Shown piece after piece: positions 56,734-64,000 of a DNA stretch of 64,000 nt. The stretch is taken from positions 6,475-70,474 of the forward strand of contig JBKQPJ010000017.1 in NCBI GenBank assembly GCA_052326305.1. Reading direction: 5' to 3'. Source of the stretch: Thermoplasmata archaeon (lineage in GTDB: Archaea > Thermoplasmatota > Thermoplasmata > Lutacidiplasmatales > UBA184). The position numbers and the translations under genes are program-made. The notes below the pieces were generated by a model that was not told the origin of the DNA, did not search any database, and saw nothing but the letters and a program-made list of their open reading frames with translations. Position 1 is the stretch's first letter. Every line of letters begins with the position of its first letter.

Positions 56734-57495
56734 TCACGCCTTCTTGGCGGCCGGTGCCGCCGCGGGGGTGGCGGCGGGCGCCGCGGCCGGGGCCGCCCCT
56801 TCTCGGCCCGAGGATTCCTTGCCCGCCGCGGCCGCCGCTTCCCGGGCCGTCTTCTTGATCACGCCGGCGGCCATTCCCGTCCGGCCGTTCGACCGGGTGC
56901 GCTGGCCGCGGACCTTCTGTCCGCGCTCGTGCCGGACGCCCCGGTAGCTGCGGACCATCTTCATCACGTTGATATCGTCGCGGCGCCGGGTCTCGAGGTC
57001 CGGGCCGAACAGGTGAGGCGATTCCCCAAGGAACGGCTCGTTGGGGTGGTTGGTCATCCAGGGGGGAAGCTTCGTTGGCAGGGTGCCGAGGGTCGTCTCG
57101 ATCGTCTCAACGGTCGCCTCGGGCAGGTTGCCGATCAGGGTGGCCGGGTTCACGTGCGCGAGCCGGCAGGTCGCTTCCGCGATCCTCAGCCCGACGCCCC
57201 GGACCCCGGTCAGGGCGAGGCCCGCGGGCCGCGTCCCGTCGAGGTCGGAGTTGGCGACCCGCACGATGTAGCGGAAGTTGGGGTTCTCGGCGATGATCTT
57301 CGCGGTCTTGGTGGACGCCGCGGACTTGCCCTTGCCCTTTCCTTCCTTGGGCTCCTTGGCTTCCTTCGGCTTTCCGCCCTTCTCCCGCTTCGCGCCCTTC
57401 TCGGCCGGCGGTTCCGTCGCGCTTCCGCTCGCCGGCGCGGCCTTCTCTTCCGGAGCGGCCTTGGGCTCCTTCGCTTCCTTGGGCGCGACGCTCAC
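56734..57495 (-). CDS. rps13: 30S ribosomal protein S13 with K/E/P/A-rich N-terminal and Ala-rich C-terminal extensions
   Basis: Core NFRYIVRVANSDLDG...LTGVRGVGLRIAEA uS13 signature. About 65 aa of KEAKEPK-type low complexity precede it with no alternative start. Confidence 0.85.
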   Translation of the reverse strand: MSVAPKEAKEPKAAPEEKAAPASGSATEPPAEKGAKREKGGKPKEAKEPKEGKGKGKSAASTKTAKIIAENPNFRYIVRVANSDLDGTRPAGLALTGVRGVGLRIAEATCRLAHVNPATLIGNLPEATVETIETTLGTLPTKLPPWMTNHPNEPFLGESPHLFGPDLETRRRDDINVMKMVRSYRGVRHERGQKVRGQRTRSNGRTGMAAGVIKKTAREAAAAAGKESSGREGAAPAAAPAATPAAAPAAKKA

Positions 57496-58259
57496 TCCCC
57501 TGTTCGAGGTGCCTCCGGATCGCGGGACCGAGCGCGAGCGACCGCCCGCGGCCTGGCCCGACCCTTCGGAGGGAGGCCGTGGAGAGGTGTGGGCTTCTTA
57601 ACGGCTTCGGACGCCGGAACGACCGGCTCCGGGGGAGCCGTCACGTCAAGGACCCGGTAGCCCGAGCCGCGCCCGACGACCTGGACCCCGGGCCCCCAAT
57701 GGGTCCGGATCCATTCCTGGTAGAATCGGATCCCCTGGCTTCCCTTCCCGACGATCAGGAGGCGCCCTTGGGGGGCCAGATGGCGCGGGGCCGCGGCGAG
57801 CAACTCCATGACGAGCTCGCGACCGGCGCGGAACGGAGGGTTCGTGGCGATGAGGTCGAACCGCTCGTCCGCGACGGGTTCGAACAAGCGCCCGACCCGC
57901 ACCTCCGCGTTCGCGATGCGGTTGCGCCCGAGGTTCTCCGACGCGAGACGGGCCGCCCTCCGGTTCACGTCGGTGAGGACGACCGTGCCCCGGGGCGACG
58001 ACTTCGCGGCGGCGACGCCGACCGCGCCCCAGCCGCATCCGAGGTCGAGGATGCGGGCGCCGTCGACGACGCCCAGATGCTCGATGAGCAGGCCCGTTCC
58101 CGGGTCGAGCCCGTGGGAGGCGAAGACGCCGGCGTCGACCGCGAAGGAGAGGAGCTCGCCCCGGTAGAGGAACCGCAGTTCGCGCCGGGCCGAGCGGGAG
58201 CGCGGCCGTTCCGCGAAGTACTGCTCCGAGGCCGGGGCCCCCGCCTCCTCGTCGTTCAC
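57492..58259 (-). CDS. class-I SAM-dependent methyltransferase (MTS domain, NPPF motif; RsmC/RsmD/METTL5-like)
   Basis: ILDLGCGWGAVG motif I and a TNPPF motif IV. GTG start overlapping the dnaJ stop (GTGA). Confidence 0.65.
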   Translation of the reverse strand: MNDEEAGAPASEQYFAERPRSRSARRELRFLYRGELLSFAVDAGVFASHGLDPGTGLLIEHLGVVDGARILDLGCGWGAVGVAAAKSSPRGTVVLTDVNRRAARLASENLGRNRIANAEVRVGRLFEPVADERFDLIATNPPFRAGRELVMELLAAAPRHLAPQGRLLIVGKGSQGIRFYQEWIRTHWGPGVQVVGRGSGYRVLDVTAPPEPVVPASEAVKKPTPLHGLPPKGRARPRAVARARSRDPEAPRTGE

Positions 58260-59404
58260 GGGGACTTCCGGCGGAAGAACGACTCCTTCCGCGGCCCGGC
58301 GCCCGGCGCGGACGGGCCGAGCGCCTCCTTGAGGAGGTCGCGTTCTCGGGAGGAGAGAGAACGGGGTATCTCGACGTGGACGGTGACGATCTCGTCGCCG
58401 CGCGAGGAGCCGCCGGGAGGAGGGAATCCGCGTCCGCGCATGCGGAACTGGGTCTCCGGCTGGGTTCCGGCCGGGACCTTGAGGATCGCCTGCCCGTCGA
58501 CGGTCGGAACGGTCACTTCGCCCCCGAAGAGCGCGGTGGCGAGCGGGACGGTCGTTTCGACGTAGGCGTCCTCGCCCTCGCGACGTAGATGGGGCGACGG
58601 CTCGAAGACGACCTGCACGAACAGATCGCCGGCCCGGGCGCCGGAGCGCCCGGGGAGACCGTGTCCGGGGACCCGAAGCACGGCGCCGTCCTCGACCCCG
58701 GGAGGGACGCTCACCTGGATGCGTTCCACGCTCTCCTTCTGGCCGCTGCCGCTGCAGACCGGGCAGCGCTCGAGGACCCGCTTGCCGACGCCGCGACAGC
58801 GCGGACAGACGCCGATCGAGATCATCTGCGTGTACCCTCGGTTCTGCACCCGGCGCACCTGTCCCTGGCCCTGGCACTCCGGGCAGACCTCGAGCGCCGT
58901 CCCCCCCTTGGCGCCCGTGCCGCGGCAGGACGCACAGTCGGCCACCTGGGGGATCTCGAGGGTCGGGCGGGCTCCCTCGACCGCGGCGAGGAGGGGGAGA
59001 CGGACCGCCATCTCGAGGTCGCCGCCCCGCTGCCGACCCCGACCGCCGGATCCCCCGAACGCGCCTCCGAAGTTCCCAAAGAACTGGCGGAACAGCGGGT
59101 TGGATCCGAGAAGGTCCTCGAGGTCCTGGGCGTGGGTGAAGTTCTGCCACGTGAATCCGGTCGGCCCGAAATCGGACTCGACGCCCGAGAACCCGAGTTG
59201 GTCGTAGCGCCGCCGCTTCTCGTCGTTCGCCAGGACCTCGTACGCCTCCGAGAGCTCCTTGAACTTCTCCTCGGCGGCCTTCGGGTCCTCCTTCGCGACG
59301 TCGGGATGGTACTGCCGGGCGAGCCGCCGATAGGCGGTCTTGATCTCGTCGTTCGTCGAGGTCCGGGGGATCCCGAGGACCTCGTAGTAGTCGCGTTTCG
59401 CCAT
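58256..59404 (-). CDS. dnaJ: chaperone DnaJ
   Basis: J-domain with HPD, a G/F region, and four CxxCxGxG zinc-finger repeats. Confidence 0.95.
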   Translation of the reverse strand: MAKRDYYEVLGIPRTSTNDEIKTAYRRLARQYHPDVAKEDPKAAEEKFKELSEAYEVLANDEKRRRYDQLGFSGVESDFGPTGFTWQNFTHAQDLEDLLGSNPLFRQFFGNFGGAFGGSGGRGRQRGGDLEMAVRLPLLAAVEGARPTLEIPQVADCASCRGTGAKGGTALEVCPECQGQGQVRRVQNRGYTQMISIGVCPRCRGVGKRVLERCPVCSGSGQKESVERIQVSVPPGVEDGAVLRVPGHGLPGRSGARAGDLFVQVVFEPSPHLRREGEDAYVETTVPLATALFGGEVTVPTVDGQAILKVPAGTQPETQFRMRGRGFPPPGGSSRGDEIVTVHVEIPRSLSSRERDLLKEALGPSAPGAGPRKESFFRRKSP

Positions 59405-59428
59405 CGGTCGATCGGCGGAGTCGATCCC

Positions 59429-60253
59429 TCACCGTAGTCTAGGTCGTTCGCTATTTACCGATTGAGAGGCGGCGGAACGACCCGCTGCCGCGCGTACCGC
59501 GACCCGCGTGCCGACGTGCGCCCGCAGTCTCCGGGCGGCATTTCCCTCGCTGACGGCGAGCTCGAGGGTCCCGAAGCTCGAGCCGAGGGCGCCGAGCCGG
59601 CCGCGGCCGATCTCCTCGTAGCTCGTGGTCCACCGCGTCCGGAGCGTCCGTCGACCGACGGTGACGGTCAGGCGGGTCCCCCGGGGGTGGACCCATCCCG
59701 TGGGGATGTTGGTGATCAGGTTCCCAAAGTGATCGACGTGCAGGGTCTGCCCGAGCACCGCCGTACCGCGTCGGACGGCTTCCGGGACCCGATACTCGGT
59801 AGGTCGAACCCGGGACCCGATCGCGTCGGGCCGGTCCCCTTCCGCGAGACGGGCGGCGGCGGGAGCGAAGAGGTCCCGCCCGTCGAACGTCGTGCCGAGG
59901 CGAGCCGGCCCTCCGACGCGTCCGGGGTCGAGCCGGAACGCCTGCGGACGCCCGAGCGACTCCGCGAGCGGGAAGAGCACCCCATTGTCCGGCCCGACGA
60001 GCCGCGAGCCGTCGGCGCAGGAGATCGCGAGCGGGGCGCGTCGACCGCCCACTCCGGGGTCAACGATCGCGAGGTGGACGGTGCCGGCCGGGAACCCCTG
60101 GGCCATCGCGCGGAGGAGGAACGCGGCCTCGGGGACCCGGTGGGCGGGAAGCTCGTGCGTCAGCTCGACGAGGCGTCCGGGACCGATCGACCGGGCGAGG
60201 ACGGCCTTGACCTGAGCGGAGTAGGCAGCGCCGAGGTCGCTAGACAAGGTCAC
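59429..60253 (-). CDS. SAM hydroxide adenosyltransferase-family protein (DUF62, SAM hydrolase/halogenase-like)
   Basis: HVDHFGNLITNI and a DUF62 pattern. Confidence 0.7.
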   Translation of the reverse strand: MTLSSDLGAAYSAQVKAVLARSIGPGRLVELTHELPAHRVPEAAFLLRAMAQGFPAGTVHLAIVDPGVGGRRAPLAISCADGSRLVGPDNGVLFPLAESLGRPQAFRLDPGRVGGPARLGTTFDGRDLFAPAAARLAEGDRPDAIGSRVRPTEYRVPEAVRRGTAVLGQTLHVDHFGNLITNIPTGWVHPRGTRLTVTVGRRTLRTRWTTSYEEIGRGRLGALGSSFGTLELAVSEGNAARRLRAHVGTRVAVRAAAGRSAASQSVNSERPRLR

Positions 60254-60310
60254 GAGGCGCGAACGGCGGGGGAACCGGGGCGTCAGCGCCGCGGTACCGG
60301 GGCCGGCGAT

Positions 60311-60646
60311 CTACGACTTCATGATCGCGACCAGGAAGATCCCGACCGCGACGAGGGCGCCGATCACGGCCGCCACGATCACCAAGAACGCCTCCCAGAT
60401 CAGCGTCTCGAGGTGGCCGGAGTGGTTCGCGTTGAGGCTGCCGGTGTGGTAGAAGTATCCTGTCAGGAGCCCGACGACGAGGCCCGCGGCAAGGAGGCCG
60501 ACCCCGACCGTGCGGCTCTTCCCGCTCCCGAAGTACGCGGTGAAGATACCGGCGAGGATCAGGAACAGGGCGAAGACGAGGAGCAGGATCGTGAGGAATT
60601 GCCACCCACCGACGTACACCGCGGTCGTTCCCATTAGATCGAACAT
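60311..60646 (-). CDS. hypothetical 3-TM membrane protein
   Basis: Three hydrophobic helices. Confidence 0.45.
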   Translation of the reverse strand: MFDLMGTTAVYVGGWQFLTILLLVFALFLILAGIFTAYFGSGKSRTVGVGLLAAGLVVGLLTGYFYHTGSLNANHSGHLETLIWEAFLVIVAAVIGALVAVGIFLVAIMKS

Positions 60647-60655
60647 AGTCGTTCC

Positions 60656-60889
60656 TCAGAATTTGATACCCGTGAGGGTCTTCGTGTCGATCACGCCGGC
60701 GACCGACCGGATCTTGTCGACGACCAGTTGGCCGAGCGCGTTGAAGTCCTCGGCCTCGACCTTGGCGATGAGGTCGTACTCCCCGAACAACGGGTGGAGC
60801 TCGACGATCCCTTTGACGCGGAGGAGCTCGGTGTAGACTTCGTGCTCCTTGGCCGGGGCCGTGCTGATGAGGACGAATCCAATGGCCAC
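60656..60889 (-). CDS. standalone RAM/ACT-like domain protein (Lrp/AsnC C-terminal domain)
   Basis: 77 aa (GTG start), EVYTELLRVKGIVELHPLFGEYDLIAKVEAEDFNALGQLV, typical of AsnC_trans_reg domains. The rest of the track ORF is rejected. Confidence 0.5.
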   Translation of the reverse strand: MAIGFVLISTAPAKEHEVYTELLRVKGIVELHPLFGEYDLIAKVEAEDFNALGQLVVDKIRSVAGVIDTKTLTGIKF

Positions 60890-61041
60890 GCGCAACCTCG
60901 AAGGGGCGCGAGATGTGCCTTCCCTAATAAGCGTGTCGTGACGAGGGGCACCTCGGGGCCCGGTGGGCGTCCCGGGCGGGCGCCGCAGCGACTCGAATCG
61001 ACGTCCCTTAAGTCTAGAGTTCGTAGCCGCGGGTGCTCTCC

Positions 61042-62448
61042 ATGGCACTGTCGTCCCGCACCTGGCCGGCCCGTCTGGTCGCCCGGCCGTGGCTTCTCGC
61101 CTTCGTGCCCATCAATGCCGCCACGTCGGGGTTCGGGGTCGTCCTCCCCCTCTTGATCCTCATCACCCTGCACGGGACCTGGGCGGACGTCGCCGTCGCG
61201 GCCACGCTGTATAACTCGACGCTGATCCTTTCGTCGGTCGTCTGGGGGCATCTCTCCGACCGCTACCCACTCCGCCGGGTCTTCCTGATCCTGAACTACG
61301 TCGGCTTCGCCGCCCTCTACGCGCTCCTGATCCACGTGAACTCGCTGCCGACGCTCTACGTGCTCTACGGGGCGATCGGCGCGATCGCCCCGGCGGGCGC
61401 GAGCGCCTCCAACCTGCTCATCCTGGAGAAGTTCACGCCGACCGAGCGAGCGACCGCGTTCGCGTCGTTCCAGGAGGTGAGCATGATCGGCAGCCTCGTC
61501 GGCCTCCTGGCCGGCTACTTCTGGACGGAGGGGAGCGACGGGCTGCTCTCCCTGCTCGGGATCTTCGCGGTCCTCGCGCTCGCGAGCGCGATCGCGGTCG
61601 CCGTGGGGGTCTCCGAGGCGGGCCGGCGGCTGACGATCTCGCACGTGGTCGGCCATCCCGAGAGCCTCGCCTCGCGCCTGCACCCGGCCGGGCCGGCCCA
61701 CACTCCGGTCCCTTTCTTCCCCCTCCGCCCGCCGATGCGCCCCGACCCGATCGGCCGGTTCCGTCGCTGGGCCCGGACGGAGCTGCACCACGAGCTCCCG
61801 CTCATCATGCTCGCGTCGTTCCTGTTCAGCCTCTCGGCGAACCTGTTCAACATCTCCTACACGCCGTACCTCTACTCGATCGGATTCACGGCGGCGGCGA
61901 TCTTCCTCGTCAACCTCTCCAACAACTTCACGCAGACGCTCGTCTTCCCCCTCACGGGGGGCCTATCGAACCGCCTCGGCGCGGACCGGATCGTCCACCA
62001 CGCGACGTACCTGCGGGGGATCGGGTACCTCGCGACGGCCGGCCTCACGTTCGTCGCCCTCACCCATTCTTCCGCCTTCGGGGCGAACGTCGCGATCTAC
62101 GCGCTGCTCGGCGGGGCGGTGGCCGTGTACACCACGTCGAGCACGCTGATCCTCTTCCGCGGGGTCGTCGGCCGCGAGGCGGGAAGCCTTCTCGGTGTGA
62201 ACAGCGCCCTCGGCGGCGTCGCGGCGATCATCGGCGCCGGGCTCTCGGGCCTCATCGCCGTCGTCGGGAGCTACCGTCTCGTCTTCCTCGTCTCGGGCGG
62301 GATCCTGCTCGCGTCCCTGCCCCTCTGGACGGCCGCGACGATCGCGTACCGGCGCCGGAGCCCTGAGGCCGCACCCGCCCCGGACCCGGCGCGGAGCGGT
62401 CCGCCCGCGTCCGGCGTCGAACCCGTCGTCTCCACGAAAGCCCATTAA
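61042..62448 (+). CDS. MFS transporter
   Basis: 12 TM helices; ATG verified at 61042. Confidence 0.85.
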   Translation: MALSSRTWPARLVARPWLLAFVPINAATSGFGVVLPLLILITLHGTWADVAVAATLYNSTLILSSVVWGHLSDRYPLRRVFLILNYVGFAALYALLIHVNSLPTLYVLYGAIGAIAPAGASASNLLILEKFTPTERATAFASFQEVSMIGSLVGLLAGYFWTEGSDGLLSLLGIFAVLALASAIAVAVGVSEAGRRLTISHVVGHPESLASRLHPAGPAHTPVPFFPLRPPMRPDPIGRFRRWARTELHHELPLIMLASFLFSLSANLFNISYTPYLYSIGFTAAAIFLVNLSNNFTQTLVFPLTGGLSNRLGADRIVHHATYLRGIGYLATAGLTFVALTHSSAFGANVAIYALLGGAVAVYTTSSTLILFRGVVGREAGSLLGVNSALGGVAAIIGAGLSGLIAVVGSYRLVFLVSGGILLASLPLWTAATIAYRRRSPEAAPAPDPARSGPPASGVEPVVSTKAH

Positions 62449-62482
62449 CCATCGCCCGGTGCGCCGGCCCGGTCTCGGAAGG

Positions 62483-63616
62483 ATGTCGACACCCCCGGAG
62501 GTCCACGCGGGACTCGAGGACATCGTCGCGCTCTCCTCGAAGATCTGCTTCATCGACGGGAAGCAGGGTCGCCTGATCTACGAGGGGTACGACATTCGCG
62601 ACCTGGCGGCCCGCTCGACGTTCGAGGAGGTCGCGCATCTCCTGTGGTACGGCCGCCTCCCGACCGAGGCGCAGCTCGCCGAGCTGAAGGCCCACTTCGT
62701 CCACCTTCGCGTGCTCCCGGCCGCGCTCGCCGACGAGATCGACGTCTTTCCCGTCTCCGCCAACCCGATGGACATCCTGCGCACGGCCGTCAGCGCGCTC
62801 GCGCTGTTCGAGCCGGCCGAGACCCGACCCGGGGCGAGCTCGATCGGCGGGGCCCAGCGGCTCACGGCGGTCATCCCGACGATCATCGGCCAGTTCCATC
62901 GGCGGAGGACCGGTCGGTCGCCTCCCGCGCCGCGCCCGGACCTCTCGCAGGCCGCCTACCTCCTCTACTGCCTGCTCGACCGCGAACCCACGGAGCTCGA
63001 GACCCGGGTGATGGACGTGGCGCTGATCCTGCACGCCGACCACGAGCTGAACGCCTCGACGTTCGCGGCCCGGGTCACCGCGTCGACCCTGAGCGACCTC
63101 TACAGCTCGGTCACGAGCGCCATCGGCACGCTCAAGGGACCGCTCCACGGGGGGGCGAACGAACGGGTGATGGAGTTCCTGGACGAGATCCGGACCGTCG
63201 ACCGGGTCGAGGCGGCCGTGAAGGGACGCCTTGCCCGCCACGAGCGGATCATGGGGTTCGGGCACCGCGTCTACAAGGTCGAGGACCCGCGCGCGACGAT
63301 CCTGCGCGAGTGGTCGCACAAGGTCGGCGAGGCGCACGGGAACCTCCACTACTACGATCTCTTGCGCAAGGTCGAGGAGGTCGTGTTCCGCGAGAAGGGG
63401 CTCTACCCGAACGTCGACCTCTATTCCGGATCGATCCTCACGCTGATGGGGATCCCCCCGGACCTGTTCACCCCGATCTTCGCCGCGAGCCGGGTCGCCG
63501 GGTGGACCGCCCACGTGCTCGAGGAGTACCAGGACCTCCGGCTGATCCGGCCGACGGCGAAGTATATCGGCGCGACCGACCTGCCGTACGTTCCCATCGC
63601 GCAGCGACGGGCCTAG
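62483..63616 (+). CDS. gltA: citrate synthase (or 2-methylcitrate synthase)
   Basis: GFGHRVYKVEDPRA signature and catalytic His/Asp context. Confidence 0.9.
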   Translation: MSTPPEVHAGLEDIVALSSKICFIDGKQGRLIYEGYDIRDLAARSTFEEVAHLLWYGRLPTEAQLAELKAHFVHLRVLPAALADEIDVFPVSANPMDILRTAVSALALFEPAETRPGASSIGGAQRLTAVIPTIIGQFHRRRTGRSPPAPRPDLSQAAYLLYCLLDREPTELETRVMDVALILHADHELNASTFAARVTASTLSDLYSSVTSAIGTLKGPLHGGANERVMEFLDEIRTVDRVEAAVKGRLARHERIMGFGHRVYKVEDPRATILREWSHKVGEAHGNLHYYDLLRKVEEVVFREKGLYPNVDLYSGSILTLMGIPPDLFTPIFAASRVAGWTAHVLEEYQDLRLIRPTAKYIGATDLPYVPIAQRRA

Positions 63617-64000
63617 CGGCGCGGCCCCGGCCGGCGGCCGGGCGAGCGGCGCGGGCCGGCGCGGACGACGTCCATCAGCGGATACCGCAGGTCGGGCCGG
63701 TGGCGCAGGCGCGCCTCCACCCGATGCCCGCGGTGCTCGAGGGAGACCACCACGTCGAGCATCTCGGGGGTCAGGTAGCGGTACGCGAAACGGCCCCGGC
63801 CGACCGGCGGGCCCCGGCCGGGGGTCACGCGGACCCGCACCTCGCGCACGTACGGTTGCAATCGCACGGCGGCCGCGATCGCCCGGGAGAGCGCCGGGGC
63901 GGTGCGCGGATCGACCGGGATGCCGAGGTACTGGTGGAAGATCCCGCCGAGCTTGATGCCGGCCTCGAAGAGGAGGGTCTCGCGGGCGGTGAGTCGTACC
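63613..64000 (-). CDS. hypothetical protein, 3-prime part (gene continues beyond window end)
   Basis: The open frame continues without a stop to position 64000 on the minus strand. High GC3. Confidence 0.35.
   Translation of the reverse strand, partial: VRLTARETLLFEAGIKLGGIFHQYLGIPVDPRTAPALSRAIAAAVRLQPYVREVRVRVTPGRGPPVGRGRFAYRYLTPEMLDVVVSLEHRGHRVEARLRHRPDLRYPLMDVVRAGPRRSPGRRPGPRR

Noticed and set aside
57300-57480. Tandem AAGGAAGC / CCTTGGCTTCC-type short repeats
   Set aside because: They are the codon-level expression of the K/E/P-rich low-complexity N-terminus of S13, not a non-coding repeat or CRISPR-like array.
1-64000. Search for CRISPR arrays, integrases, transposases, IS inverted repeats, toxin-antitoxin pairs
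   Set aside because: No regularly spaced direct repeats, no tyrosine/serine recombinase, DDE transposase or Cas-like ORFs were recognisable. The small RHH protein at 50761 is paired with a tubulin-like GTPase, not a toxin.

Overview
This 64 kb window is GC-rich (about 68-70 %) and almost certainly archaeal chromosomal DNA. Hallmark archaeal genes are present: SRP19, ribosomal S8e, pyruvoyl arginine decarboxylase, Elp3, IDI-2/IPK, Orc1/Cdc6, RpoD(Rpo3), pelota, diphthine synthase, TrmY, and a Tes-like tetraether lipid synthase. Gene density is high, and most long ORFs antisense to the real genes are shadow ORFs caused by the GC bias. Assigning this to an aerobic, Thermoplasmatota-like archaeon with N-glycosylated surface proteins is inference only.

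Main blocks:
- 26-6903: housekeeping genes (TraB-like, GPN GTPase, SRP19, S8e, RNase HII, SCP2, PdaD, SIS/TIM-barrel, RlmE).
- 6953-7027: a tRNA-Pro(GGG) candidate.
- 8085-20808: a large aerobic respiratory locus on the minus strand. It runs tatA-tatC-tatA2, Rieske, cytochrome b, two small membrane subunits, coxI, ctaA, ctaB. Two membrane-anchored blue-copper (sulfocyanin-like) proteins and a CoxII gene sit beside it; CoxII appears split or frameshifted between TM1 and TM2.
- 20874-29287: Elp3, fni, ipk, cdc6 (with a possible origin), ALDH, serS.
- 29368-37412: Hef-like helicase, kdpFABC plus a tandem Usp, dph5.
- 37409-49714: a receiver domain with a 532-aa unknown protein, guaA-A, ubiX, a thiolase with a fusion of a degenerate HMG-CoA-synthase N-half to DUF35, a Tes-like radical SAM enzyme, a cluster of unknowns with leaderless TATA promoters, and trmY.
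- 49711-51165: a divergent FtsZ/tubulin-like GTPase co-transcribed with a tandem RHH protein, preceded by a perfect 10-bp inverted repeat.
- 51438-63616: GNAT, MFS, pelota, rpoD-S11-S4-S13, a methyltransferase, dnaJ, a SAM hydrolase, a RAM-domain protein, MFS, citrate synthase.

No CRISPR array, integrase or transposase was recognised.
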